DNA from: a virus
Taxonomy: Duplodnaviria > Caudoviricetes
IMG/VR virus record: IMGVR_UViG_3300017791_000207
Span: 51,288-115,287 of that record
Reading direction: 5' to 3' (one strand)
DNA: 64,000 nt
The first letter of the stretch is position 1. Every line of letters starts with the position of its first letter. The notes below the pieces were generated by a model. It saw only the letters and a list, made by a program, of their open reading frames with translations. It was not told where the DNA came from and made no database searches. This document shows positions 8,004 to 17,627 of this stretch, in pieces. The translations under genes were made by a program, and so were the position numbers.

Positions 8004-8534
8004 ATGAATAAATTGAAATATAAATCATACAGTAGCATTAAACCTTCTTTTGCAGAGGTTCAAATCATCCAACAATTAAAAGATAGAAATATCTTCTATG
8101 TTAGAGAAGTGTATTTTTATGGTTGTACAAATCCTAAAACAGGTTGTGAGTTAAGGTTTGACTTTTATATTCCAAATAAAAATCTCATAATTGAGTATGA
8201 TGGTAAGGATTTTCATGAAGATAATGATGTGCAATACAGAGATTCGGTTAAGAATAAGTTTGCTAAACTCAACAAGATAAAAGTTGTGAGAATCGAAGGT
8301 ATTCAGAATATTACTAAAGTATTAAACCAATATTTCAATTCTAAGAGCAAGCCTAAGTTCAAAAGTAAAAATACCAAAGCACAATCTTATGGTTTATCAA
8401 ACAATCAAAAGAAACGTCTAACTGAACTTTTACAGCTTCAAAAAGATAGTCCTTTAGAATTTTATGATATGCTGATGGATATTAGAAAAACAGAGAAAAG
8501 AGTGTATGCCGAATTAAAGAGACAATTCCCTTAA
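8004..8534 (+). CDS. PD-(D/E)XK (DUF559/Vsr-like) endonuclease, probably a free-standing mobile nuclease
   Basis: LRFDFYIP...IIEYDGKDFH...RDSVKNKF...VVRI; opposite strand to neighbours, own promoter. Confidence 0.8.
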   Translation: MNKLKYKSYSSIKPSFAEVQIIQQLKDRNIFYVREVYFYGCTNPKTGCELRFDFYIPNKNLIIEYDGKDFHEDNDVQYRDSVKNKFAKLNKIKVVRIEGIQNITKVLNQYFNSKSKPKFKSKNTKAQSYGLSNNQKKRLTELLQLQKDSPLEFYDMLMDIRKTEKRVYAELKRQFP

Positions 8535-8563
8535 ATAAGAAGGAAGGGTGAAAATCTTATTAA

Positions 8564-9211
8564 TCATAAATTATCCTCAATCCATTCATTGACCATTTTC
8601 TCAAAATGTGGTAATGCATACTCATCAATTCCGCAAGCATTCATGACATGTTGATCCCAACTTTGACAATCAGTTAATACCTTGGTAATTAATCCTTCTA
8701 CTTCCTCCCTACTAAAGGTATCTTTCTGATACTTGATATTGATAAAATTATTTATTACTTGAAGGTCGACTGGGTTTGAGCACCAAATTTCTTTATCTTT
8801 ATCGTACCAACCATCGCTGTTAGAAGACCACTCCACCATTACATCTGTAATAGGTTTCTGCTCATTATAAGCCTTAATAAAGGTCTTGATAAACTCTTCG
8901 GGTATCAAAGGCAAGCCGAGGGTAGAATCTGTAGTAGCGATGATTTTTTTGAAATTAAGTGAATGACCTAATCCCATTCCACTTAAATCCACATGCTTAC
9001 ACACATTCATATAATCATCGGTGATATAGTCACCTTCTTTAATAGGTTCACTTGATAAAATGTAAAGGTGCTGTTGCGAAAATCCGTTAGAATGAGGCAC
9101 TCTCCTAACTGTAGGATATAGCTGTAATTGATCAATATTTCCCTCTTTAAGTAATACTAAGTTACTTTCCCTTTGGGTAGGTAACAAAACTACCTGACAT
9201 TTCTTATACAT
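8564..9211 (-). CDS. Hypothetical phage protein (HLYILS...KIIATTD motifs)
   Basis: 215-aa ORF in early operon. Confidence 0.75.
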   Translation of the reverse strand: MYKKCQVVLLPTQRESNLVLLKEGNIDQLQLYPTVRRVPHSNGFSQQHLYILSSEPIKEGDYITDDYMNVCKHVDLSGMGLGHSLNFKKIIATTDSTLGLPLIPEEFIKTFIKAYNEQKPITDVMVEWSSNSDGWYDKDKEIWCSNPVDLQVINNFINIKYQKDTFSREEVEGLITKVLTDCQSWDQHVMNACGIDEYALPHFEKMVNEWIEDNL

Positions 9212-9213
9212 AA

Positions 9214-9438
9214 TTAATGTTTGAATGATAAGTAAATGGTGTTATTGTTAACTGAATCACAAACCAAGGTATCACCTTTTTCGATGGCTTGATATTCTTC
9301 GGGTAAACAGAGAAATATATTTCTCCCTGAAATGCATTTTACTTTAGGTAAATCAACTTTAATCTTACTTTTCTCTTTAATCAGTAGAGATGTAAGCAAG
9401 CCTACAATAAGGCATAAAATTAAGGCAAAGGTTTTCAT
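9214..9438 (-). CDS. Small membrane-anchored protein
   Basis: Hydrophobic N-terminal helix. Confidence 0.65.
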   Translation of the reverse strand: MKTFALILCLIVGLLTSLLIKEKSKIKVDLPKVKCISGRNIFLCLPEEYQAIEKGDTLVCDSVNNNTIYLSFKH

Positions 9439-9439
9439 A

Positions 9440-9826
9440 TCAATACCAAATTAATTGATCAGATACTATTTCGTTTCCATACTCTGAAATGAAGTATTTA
9501 GCACCTTTGGGAATATACATAATCACTATTTTTCTATTGTTAAATTGCGTCATAGATAAAGCTCTTCTTTTTGTGAGGCAAGCATGTAGACCTCTACTAA
9601 TCTCTAATTCGATATAGTTAGACCAACGTTTTTTCATTCTAATATTAAAGGCTCTACCTGTCTGATAATAATGTTGCCCCTTTTCGAATTCAAAATACAT
9701 AAATGGACTTTGATTACGCTTAGTTAATACTTTATACACCTTTATATCTTTGTTGGCTATAAGAGGGTTATTTTTAGCGTGTAATGCCTCTTTATTTGTT
9801 GGGTAAGCTAAGGTGGTTAAACACAT
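9440..9826 (-). CDS. Hypothetical phage protein (KVYKVL...GLHA...IPKG...IVSDQL)
   Basis: 128-aa ORF, tight packing. Confidence 0.7.
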   Translation of the reverse strand: MCLTTLAYPTNKEALHAKNNPLIANKDIKVYKVLTKRNQSPFMYFEFEKGQHYYQTGRAFNIRMKKRWSNYIELEISRGLHACLTKRRALSMTQFNNRKIVIMYIPKGAKYFISEYGNEIVSDQLIWY

Positions 9827-9962
9827 AGTAATTAGTTTAAAAAGATAAAGAATGATTTATGACAAATCCAAATACTACCAGGTTTATGAATTAAACCATT
9901 GATAAGAGGACATTTAAGAATTGTTTGTACTATCGGAAAGGATAGCAGTATGTTTTGGTGTT

Positions 9963-10364
9963 TCATTGTTCAAAAACATTTTCAGGATTTTCGCGGATAT
10001 ACTTTGCAATTTCAGGCCATGTAACCCCATCATCATTCATGGAAGCAAGGGAATTGTGAATTTTTCCATTTATTAATACTTCAGTGCCGAGACTACCAAC
10101 ATTAGATTTTAACCCAAAAAGGGAAGAGGAGTGTGTTAAGGTTCCTGTCCAAAATTTGTTATCCTCAATAAGACCTGAATTATTGAATAATTTGGATATC
10201 GGTTTATTTTCAATCTCGTAACTACATAACAACAATTGCCCAAGGCAACAAGCTGTATATTTTTCAGGTGATCCGCTGCCAAGGACATCTTTTCCTTGTC
10301 GTTCAGGATGCTTTTCTAAGGTATCTAACCAAAGAAGCTGTAATGGTGTGAATTGATAGCACAT
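9963..10364 (-). CDS. Hypothetical protein of CCLG...SLASxND family, paralogue of 13624-14046
   Basis: Shared CCLG and SLAS(M/L)ND...T..EI motifs. Confidence 0.75.
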   Translation of the reverse strand: MCYQFTPLQLLWLDTLEKHPERQGKDVLGSGSPEKYTACCLGQLLLCSYEIENKPISKLFNNSGLIEDNKFWTGTLTHSSSLFGLKSNVGSLGTEVLINGKIHNSLASMNDDGVTWPEIAKYIRENPENVFEQ

Positions 10365-10368
10365 AGTT

Positions 10369-10590
10369 TTATTTTTTAATGGTTAAATCAATAATATCCG
10401 TACCTTCTACTTCAAGGAATGAGATATATGTTTGTGTTTCCGTTTCAGTAATGTGAATTTTCGGGAAATAACGTTTCAAACCTTCGATATAAGCAGGAAT
10501 CATCAACGGATCAATAGGTAAAAGATCTTGTGCTACTTTACGTTTCTCTGTTTCAGTTATGTAACTGATTTGTATTTGATTGAGTGCCAT
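10369..10590 (-). CDS. Hypothetical early protein
   Basis: ORF in operon. Confidence 0.6.
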   Translation of the reverse strand: MALNQIQISYITETEKRKVAQDLLPIDPLMIPAYIEGLKRYFPKIHITETETQTYISFLEVEGTDIIDLTIKK

Positions 10591-10623
10591 AATGAAAAAT
10601 GTATTTTTCTGATACTTGGAGTT

Positions 10624-10935
10624 TTAAAATTGTTCGTCTTCGCTCATTGCATAACCTTGGAACATCATAGACGCTTCATTATACGCATATTCAGCCATAT
10701 AACTATGTTTGTTATATTTGTGCAAAGACCTTAAGATATCTATTATTTGTCGACATTTCTGAACTTCTTTATCATGCTCATAACCATGCGTTTCTTCGCA
10801 ATCTGACCCCATGTTTTGAAGTAAGACATATATCATAGTGTATTCGGGCATGTCAAAGTATTCCGACACTTGATGATAAACCTTATTGAAGTCTCTTAAA
10901 TCCCTCTTGAATTGCTTTAGTGTTATAGGTTGCAT
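10624..10935 (-). CDS. Hypothetical early protein
   Basis: ORF in operon. Confidence 0.65.
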   Translation of the reverse strand: MQPITLKQFKRDLRDFNKVYHQVSEYFDMPEYTMIYVLLQNMGSDCEETHGYEHDKEVQKCRQIIDILRSLHKYNKHSYMAEYAYNEASMMFQGYAMSEDEQF

Positions 10936-10937
10936 GA

Positions 10938-11306
10938 TTATTTGTTTTGAGTGTTATACCATTTGATAAACTCTACTACTGCATTGTAAGTAACTTGTAT
11001 TTTAGAATCGCCATTTGCAGGTATATCCACAATTTGTACCCATTTTACAGGATCTTTCTTCATTATAGAGACCTCTTCTTCAAATATAACCACTTGAAAG
11101 GCATTTCCACACTCCATATATGGTAAGTTCTCTATCTTTTCAACTACAGGCATTAACCAATCCCATGAATTGTGATAGAGTTTGTAATTAGCATCAATGT
11201 AGACATCATTTCTATGCCCTATTGCATATAAATCATCCTTCGCGCTGAAAACAATTGCTTCGTAATCATCGCCCATAAATTCAGCAATCAGTTTATTATC
11301 TTCCAT
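10938..11306 (-). CDS. Hypothetical phage protein (NKLIAEFMG...YHNSWDWLMPVVEKIE type)
   Basis: Motif recalled as common in Bacteroidota phages; not searched. Confidence 0.75.
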   Translation of the reverse strand: MEDNKLIAEFMGDDYEAIVFSAKDDLYAIGHRNDVYIDANYKLYHNSWDWLMPVVEKIENLPYMECGNAFQVVIFEEEVSIMKKDPVKWVQIVDIPANGDSKIQVTYNAVVEFIKWYNTQNK

Positions 11307-11310
11307 CTTA

Positions 11311-11622
11311 TTAAGGTTTTACAGGTTTAGAAATATCAATTAAAGAACCTTCCCACACATTACCATTAAGGTACCAAACACCCTTTCTTTGGCTAATAGA
11401 TAAACCAGGAATCCCGTTTAATCGTTCTTTGGTAGTATTACTTTCCCAACCTGCATTTGTTATGGAAATGATATTTTCGGGATCATTGTATTTATAGTCA
11501 ATCTCATTACCATGCAAGGACATTACTGTTACATTTGGTAGTACTTTAACCTCTGTATTAGAAGATTTAAAGTTTTGGCCTTGTATAAAGGCATTGACAG
11601 CATTTTGTGTTATCTTTATCAT
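11311..11622 (-). CDS. Hypothetical phage protein (GWxSNTTKERLN type)
   Basis: 103-aa ORF in operon. Confidence 0.7.
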   Translation of the reverse strand: MIKITQNAVNAFIQGQNFKSSNTEVKVLPNVTVMSLHGNEIDYKYNDPENIISITNAGWESNTTKERLNGIPGLSISQRKGVWYLNGNVWEGSLIDISKPVKP

Positions 11623-11726
11623 GATATGTTATATTTAGTTCTTTTAACTCTTGAAGAAATTGTTCTTTCATGACCTTTTATTTTAAGGATAAAATATTGG
11701 CAATTAGTTGTTAAAAATGCCAATTA

Positions 11727-12200
11727 TTAGTTGGTGCGATATAGGTAATAATCACATGCATTTACAGTTTGTTCAATTTCAATACCATCATAAGTGGCTA
11801 ATTGAGAACCGCGACCATCATAACTACAATCTTTTGCAAATGCCTCTCTATCAAAGTAATTATGGTATTGGTCAGGTATTCCAGATAAAATACAAGCGTC
11901 AATAAATGAATCTATTGATTCTTCCCATGCGTTTTCGGCCTCTGATTCGTCTAAAATCAAGTATCTTTCATTACCATAGGTATATAAATCATCAGTTACT
12001 TCTACTTCATTCTCAAAATCAATATAACCGTCTTGCTCAACAATCCACTCACTTACATCTAATGGTGTAACATCTTCGTTTAAATCTACATAAACATCGT
12101 AATCGGCCTGAGTAGCACCAAAATACAAAGTCTCATTATCATCCTCAATATAAGGAATGTCTAAATGTTGTGCTAATGCTAAAAGTTTATTCGTTTCCAT
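11727..12200 (-). CDS. Highly acidic protein, ArdA-like antirestriction/DNA-mimic candidate
   Basis: D/E-rich; IPDQYHNYFDREAFAKD resembles the ArdA YFDYEAFARD motif. Confidence 0.5.
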   Translation of the reverse strand: METNKLLALAQHLDIPYIEDDNETLYFGATQADYDVYVDLNEDVTPLDVSEWIVEQDGYIDFENEVEVTDDLYTYGNERYLILDESEAENAWEESIDSFIDACILSGIPDQYHNYFDREAFAKDCSYDGRGSQLATYDGIEIEQTVNACDYYLYRTN

Positions 12201-12289
12201 AATAGTATGTTTTTGTAAAGGGAGAAATATATTTCTCTGAGATGGTGTAAAGATAATAAGGTGATTAATACAGTTGAGTTATTGAAATG

Positions 12290-12709
12290 TTAAAGGTATT
12301 TTTCAAATTGTGCCTTATCGAGGGAATACGCATTAATTATATCCCTTAGTCTATTATATCCACATATAGTTAACCCCGTATAATCCCAATTATCATAATT
12401 ATCATGTAATTTCTGACAATCTCTAATAAATTCAGATTCAAAAAGCTTTAGCCAGTCAGGTAATAAGTCTGAATAATTTTTTAGGATGAGGGATACATCC
12501 GCACCATATGGATTTATAGCATCAGCCATCATCTGATTTTCAGGTGTCATATGGCGACCTATCATGCAACCTTCCGATATACCCTCCTTTGTTGCATTTA
12601 CAGGTGAATATTTACAAAGACCCTTGTTAACACAAAGTCTATTTGTATCAGTAGTATAATAATCAAGTGCATCTAATAAGAATGCCTCCTTAGTCTCAAA
12701 TGTTTTCAT
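12290..12709 (-). CDS. Hypothetical protein, paralogue of 1828-2235
   Basis: CKY...GCMIGR...CQKLHDN; likely start MKTFETK. Confidence 0.7.
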   Translation of the reverse strand: MKTFETKEAFLLDALDYYTTDTNRLCVNKGLCKYSPVNATKEGISEGCMIGRHMTPENQMMADAINPYGADVSLILKNYSDLLPDWLKLFESEFIRDCQKLHDNYDNWDYTGLTICGYNRLRDIINAYSLDKAQFEKYL

Positions 12710-12710
12710 T

Positions 12711-13034
12711 TTATTTAGATTTAATGGTGAAATGTCTATGATGTTGATTAATAGTAATTTTGAAAGCGTCAATCAAAGCAATAGGTATATCGTAATAATG
12801 ACCTATCCAATAAGCTTTCCTAATTACCACGGTATTTTTACCCTCTCTTTTAACTTTACGACGAAGTTTTTGCAAGGAATAAACACGGATCATATCCTTA
12901 TTTCTGTTTAGGGATGTGTAATAATTACCTTTATTGGAGAAAGTATACATATGACCTCTTGAAATAATAGTCAAAAGAGATGAATTTGTAGGGGCTGTAA
13001 CCTTGGTAGGTTTGATATTTAGTCGGAATTGCAT
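12711..13034 (-). CDS. Basic hypothetical protein
   Basis: ORF in operon. Confidence 0.6.
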   Translation of the reverse strand: MQFRLNIKPTKVTAPTNSSLLTIISRGHMYTFSNKGNYYTSLNRNKDMIRVYSLQKLRRKVKREGKNTVVIRKAYWIGHYYDIPIALIDAFKITINQHHRHFTIKSK

Positions 13035-13037
13035 TAT

Positions 13038-13451
13038 TTATAGATTTAGACTTTTAGTAAGGATTCGATAATAGAATGTATTCCTTTTAAAGGATTTATT
13101 CCAATCACCAAAGGATAAAGCTTTAATTGTAAACTCTTTGGCTTTATGAGAAGGGATTAATAACTTATATTTATAGGAATCCCGAATAATACCCATACAA
13201 TCGTATATGGTAATGCCTTTATCAAAGGTTACACCAAAATGTGTAGCTGATCCTGCATTATCCGATTTGCCTTCGACAAAAGCTTTATTATTCAAGTATT
13301 CCTCTTTACGGTCTGATTTTGACAATTGTACAATATCACAACCAAATAAATGGTGAAGATACCAAGCAGCACACAAACAGCCACCTTGATTAAGGTTTGG
13401 TATAAAATTAAGTAGGAATGAAACAATACGGAATTTAATTGGCATAATCAT
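13038..13451 (-). CDS. Hypothetical protein with GGC...H...D, possible papain-like Cys-His-Asp triad
   Basis: NQGGCLCAA...THFGV...YD. Confidence 0.45.
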   Translation of the reverse strand: MIMPIKFRIVSFLLNFIPNLNQGGCLCAAWYLHHLFGCDIVQLSKSDRKEEYLNNKAFVEGKSDNAGSATHFGVTFDKGITIYDCMGIIRDSYKYKLLIPSHKAKEFTIKALSFGDWNKSFKRNTFYYRILTKSLNL

Positions 13452-13623
13452 AGATATTTACACCTATTAAGAGCATCTAAATACTCGTCATAAGTACCAA
13501 TGAAGTAATATTTGTCACGTCTAGTTAGTAATTGAGTACGTATAGCAGCACATATCCCAAATACAGGTAATAAGTAGTTGTATTGTTCCTTAGTTAAGGA
13601 ATAGGAATTATCTCTCATAATAC

Positions 13624-14046
13624 TTAATTTAAAGGGTAATCTGATAAGGGTTTAAATGGTGTATCTTCACCGCCTTCAATCCACCCTCTATTTAAGATTA
13701 ATTGTCCTATTTCTTGTGTGGTTAATTTAGTTGAATCATTTAAAGAAGCTAGTGAATCAGTTTCTTTTGGTGTTTTTACAAGAGGTACTCCACAATTATC
13801 ATAAAGGCCTAACAGATCCATTAATTCACGCGGTGCAACGGCTGAACTCCTTACTCCGTAGTAAACAGTATCATCTTCTACAATTCTATTAATACCAAAT
13901 ATATTACATCCATGCCCTAAACAGCATCTTTCATTAGGGTTGTGTGGATTTTCTAAGTGGCCTATGAACTTTATTCTATGTGGTTCTAATAAACCATTGG
14001 CAAATTTTAACCTGTTTTCTTTGATTTGTTGACGTGTGAAATTCAT
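13624..14046 (-). CDS. Hypothetical protein of CCLG family, paralogue of 9963-10364
   Basis: RCCLGH...SLASLND. Confidence 0.75.
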   Translation of the reverse strand: MNFTRQQIKENRLKFANGLLEPHRIKFIGHLENPHNPNERCCLGHGCNIFGINRIVEDDTVYYGVRSSAVAPRELMDLLGLYDNCGVPLVKTPKETDSLASLNDSTKLTTQEIGQLILNRGWIEGGEDTPFKPLSDYPLN

Positions 14047-14107
14047 AATATAATAGTTTTAAAAGATAAATTGTAATGGTTTAAAGAGAAACTAAATGGT
14101 AGAATAC

Positions 14108-14365
14108 TTATTTTAGAGGTACATAAACATGCCAATTATACCTTTCTAACCTATCAAAGAGGAATTTAACAGCATCTACCATTGCTTCTTTATCCGTATA
14201 ATCTGCACCATAACTATGGTGCGCCTGTTCCTCATACCCTTTCATCTTGGCAAATAAGGTTCGGTTTTCAGATAGCCTAAAAGTAAATAAGGCGTTTACT
14301 ATCGCTTCTTTGGAATCACCTGCAACAAAATCATTGTTTGAAAAGTCTATAGCTACTATTTTCAT
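14108..14365 (-). CDS. Hypothetical early protein
   Basis: ORF in operon. Confidence 0.6.
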   Translation of the reverse strand: MKIVAIDFSNNDFVAGDSKEAIVNALFTFRLSENRTLFAKMKGYEEQAHHSYGADYTDKEAMVDAVKFLFDRLERYNWHVYVPLK

Positions 14366-14369
14366 TATA

Positions 14370-14753
14370 CTATGGTATTAAAAGGTGTGTATAATCAGGT
14401 AATAAAGGTTGAAAGTAATAGAAACAATCATAATAAGCATCTAATATTTCACCCTTATGAAAGGTATTACCAAGCGTTTCATCAATTGTTATAGTAATAG
14501 TTAGATAATTAGGTTCTAACTGATCAACCATGAAATACTCATAAGAACTTATATCGCAGGAACAACTAACTTTAAAACCTCTGTATTCCCGTCGATAATC
14601 GGAAATAAGATTTTGGCAAGTATTCCATGCCTCTATACTATCAGCACCCCAATTAATATTGGTATAAAAATCAAAGAACGAATCATTTTCACCATGCACA
14701 ATATCACAATCAACTTTCTTTTGTAGTCTATCTACTAGTTCTCTAAGGTTCAT
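14370..14753 (-). CDS. Acidic hypothetical early protein
   Basis: ORF in operon. Confidence 0.6.
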   Translation of the reverse strand: MNLRELVDRLQKKVDCDIVHGENDSFFDFYTNINWGADSIEAWNTCQNLISDYRREYRGFKVSCSCDISSYEYFMVDQLEPNYLTITITIDETLGNTFHKGEILDAYYDCFYYFQPLLPDYTHLLIP

Positions 14754-14821
14754 AACGGAAAATGTTTAATTAAAGGATGTAAATAAAAATCTTACTAAGG
14801 GAGTATATGTAACCTAAAAAG

Positions 14822-15028
14822 TTACAGGTTAGTAACAACTTGTAAACAATCACCAAATAGACCACATATATCACAACGTCTAAAGTCAACAGGTTCATCT
14901 ACAATGGTAATATAACCCTTATCGGCTTTCCATTCATCTAAGGTTATAACCTCGTCATCCTCCAAAGCTGAATAATCATCGTTAATCAAAGCACATGCAT
15001 AGTGCTGATCTATATAGTAGAAGTTCAT
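14822..15028 (-). CDS. Small acidic protein with CDICG motif
   Basis: ALINDDYSAL...RCDICG...DC. Confidence 0.65.
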   Translation of the reverse strand: MNFYYIDQHYACALINDDYSALEDDEVITLDEWKADKGYITIVDEPVDFRRCDICGLFGDCLQVVTNL

Positions 15029-15231
15029 AAGTGTATGTTTTTATAATGTCACAAATAGCCTTTTGAGGGTTAAATACGACAGGTTATGCGATACCTTGCC
15101 GCCAAAAGCTCTTTTTCACCTCTTTTTGAAGGGTAAATTACCTTATTGAGGGCTAATAGTCCTTTTATTTAAGTCTCCCTAAATAAATTTTTAGATTAGT
15201 CTAAATCTATAATTGATTAATTATCAAAGAT

Positions 15232-15423
15232 TTAGTTCAATATTTCACCCTCAATAAAGTCCTCACCAATCATCTTACTAAATTTATTCTCACTTACCCG
15301 TAATATATCTCTTAACCTGTTGTTAGGATGATCTGTTAGAGCTTGTTTGATAGCTACTATACTTGTTTCAGCCATGATATTTAAGGTTAAACCTGATTTG
15401 AATACTATTGAAAACTTTTTCAT
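15232..15423 (-). CDS. Hypothetical early protein
   Basis: 63-aa ORF with A-rich leader. Confidence 0.55.
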   Translation of the reverse strand: MKKFSIVFKSGLTLNIMAETSIVAIKQALTDHPNNRLRDILRVSENKFSKMIGEDFIEGEILN

Positions 15424-15899
15424 ACCTTATTGATTTATTGTTTGTTATACCATTTACTTAACCTTATTTAAGGCTTTTATTCTTACTTATCCAGTAATCT
15501 ATTAATGTTTGTAACTCCTTAACCTTATCAAGGTATTTCTTTGGTATTCTGTTTGACCTTATGGTGTCAGGATTACCTGTTAACATTTCGCTGATTACTC
15601 GAAAATTAATGATGTCCTTGCTACTTTTCATATTGTTTTGGTGTTTGATAACCTAATATATTAGGTCTGAATCTCCGTAAATGTGGGAGAAAATAACGTT
15701 TTTTCCGCTATCTAAACCCGTAAATACGGTAAAGTGCAAATATACACCTACTATTTCAATCCACCAAATTAAATACTAATCAACTTATCACCATTATACC
15801 ACATTAAGACCTGTAATAAGGTAAATAATAGTATGGTTATAATTGTTACACCTGCGAATATTAGATCATTCTTTTTCATTTGTAGTCGTTTGTTGTCGG

Positions 15900-16148
15900 T
15901 TAATATTCAATACAATGTTCACATAATAACTCTAGGAATGAATCAATTGTACAAAATAGTTGCCCCTCGTCATTAAGTTCCTGCTCTAGGTCTTCACTAT
16001 AATCTACAGCCCCACAAGTAACTACAAACCCGCCATTAAAGGGAATACAATCTACCATAACATAATCCTTTTTAGTTCTAGTAACCTTTAATAAGGTATC
16101 TTTATCAATGCTTTCGAGTATTTCGGGTAAATTAGATGATGTAATCAT
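15900..16148 (-). CDS. Acidic hypothetical early protein
   Basis: Likely start MITSSNL at 16148. Confidence 0.6.
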   Translation of the reverse strand: MITSSNLPEILESIDKDTLLKVTRTKKDYVMVDCIPFNGGFVVTCGAVDYSEDLEQELNDEGQLFCTIDSFLELLCEHCIEY

Positions 16149-17003
16149 GATATGATATTTTAATTGGTACCTTCCCTCAATAAGGTAATATAAAACCTTA
16201 CTAAGGGAAACGCACCAGGTGAAATGCATTTCACTAACTAAGCCTAAACCCTTTTTAAATGTTGCTTAGTCAACGTAATATGTATATCTACCTCTTTTAA
16301 GGGTAATATAACCAAGTTCTTTATATAGTTTGGTATTTCTTACTTTGTTACCTTCGATAATTATATTCTCAGATATATAAAACTCCTTAATAAGATTTAA
16401 TAGGTTTTCGATTGAACCTGATGAACATATCTTCATAACTTATTGGTTTTGTTTTTATTACGATGTTTATTTAACTTACCTTTAAATCTAAGGCTTTCAC
16501 CTACTATTAAGGTAACGACTAATATTACTATGAGAATTATATACATGATAATAAGTTTTTAGTTCCCTGTTCCTATCGAAAGGACAAACGCAATACTAGG
16601 TAATTATACTTTTGGTATCCTTGTAAGGCTTTGCAGGGAAAATATTGTGGTTTGTATTAGTTCTCCGATTCTAAGTGATTTACAGTTTCTTACCCTCACC
16701 TAACTAAAGGTGTCGATCTTTCAATCTTATTTACAAGGTTTCAAACTCTAATACAATTTCTACTATTTAACCATATAGTAATGGTTTCTTTTTCACCTCG
16801 TCCATATTAATTAGGTCTTTAAGGTGTGGCTATTACAGTTATCTATTTAAGAGGTACAATTCCCTCACTGTAAGGCTGAAACTTTAGAGGCTCAACCAAC
16901 CCCAAATATTGTTTTCAAATACATCTACTACGTTAGGACAATACACCACTTTAGTAGGGAAAAGCTGTTGAGATATATAGATATCTTGGCTGCTTTGTTA
17001 GAA

Positions 17004-17036
17004 CAAATATACAATTATTAGTACACTAAAACCAAA
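17004..17036 (-). promoter_or_regulatory. Bacteroidota-type promoter driving the leftward early arm
   Basis: TTTG-N21-TATATTTG on minus strand. Confidence 0.7.
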
Positions 17037-17135
17037 TTTATTTCGTTAAAAAAGTGTTATTAACAATTGATACTAAAGAACTTACAAAGGAAATAGTCTG
17101 TAGTAAATAGTTACTCTTTAACTCCTTTGCTGATA

Positions 17136-17168
17136 CAAATATAGCACATTTAACAGAGACAATCCAAA
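17136..17168 (-). promoter_or_regulatory. Second tandem leftward Bacteroidota-type promoter
   Basis: TTTG-N21-TATATTTG on minus strand. Confidence 0.7.
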
Positions 17169-17573
17169 TTTATTTTAGAATTAAGTTGATGTATATCAAT
17201 AGATTATGTTAAAAATAACAAAAAAGGTGTACAGTATTTTACCAAATAATATCTATGAATTTTGAACCATGCACATAGGTATTTTATCAACCATTACAAA
17301 AACTTACTTTCCAAAGACTATCTATAGAAAGATCATTTTATTACATGGCTAATCAAATCTTTAAAAATAAGAATGACTTTTTATTTTGGCTGAATTGGCC
17401 TGTAATAGGAAAATTGGCTTTGATCCTTTTGGCGGGATATACAGGCATGTGGAGTCTTGCCGTGGGCGGGTTGAATAGACCTATACTAACTTATCTTACA
17501 TATACTAATTTTTAGAGTTATATTGTTGATAGGGGGATATAAGACTGATGTCCAAAATAAATGTGGGGTATTA

Positions 17574-17605
17574 TTTGTTTATTTCAAATTTTTATTCTAC
17601 CTTTG
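17574..17605 (+). promoter_or_regulatory. Bacteroidota-type promoter
   Basis: TTTG-N20-TACCTTTG. Confidence 0.65.
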
Positions 17606-17627
17606 TAAGAAATTAAAAAATAATAAA

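Noticed and set aside
15000-17500. CRISPR array or mini-array
   Set aside because: Repeats are short palindromic motifs at irregular spacing, not ~30-47 bp direct repeats with unique spacers
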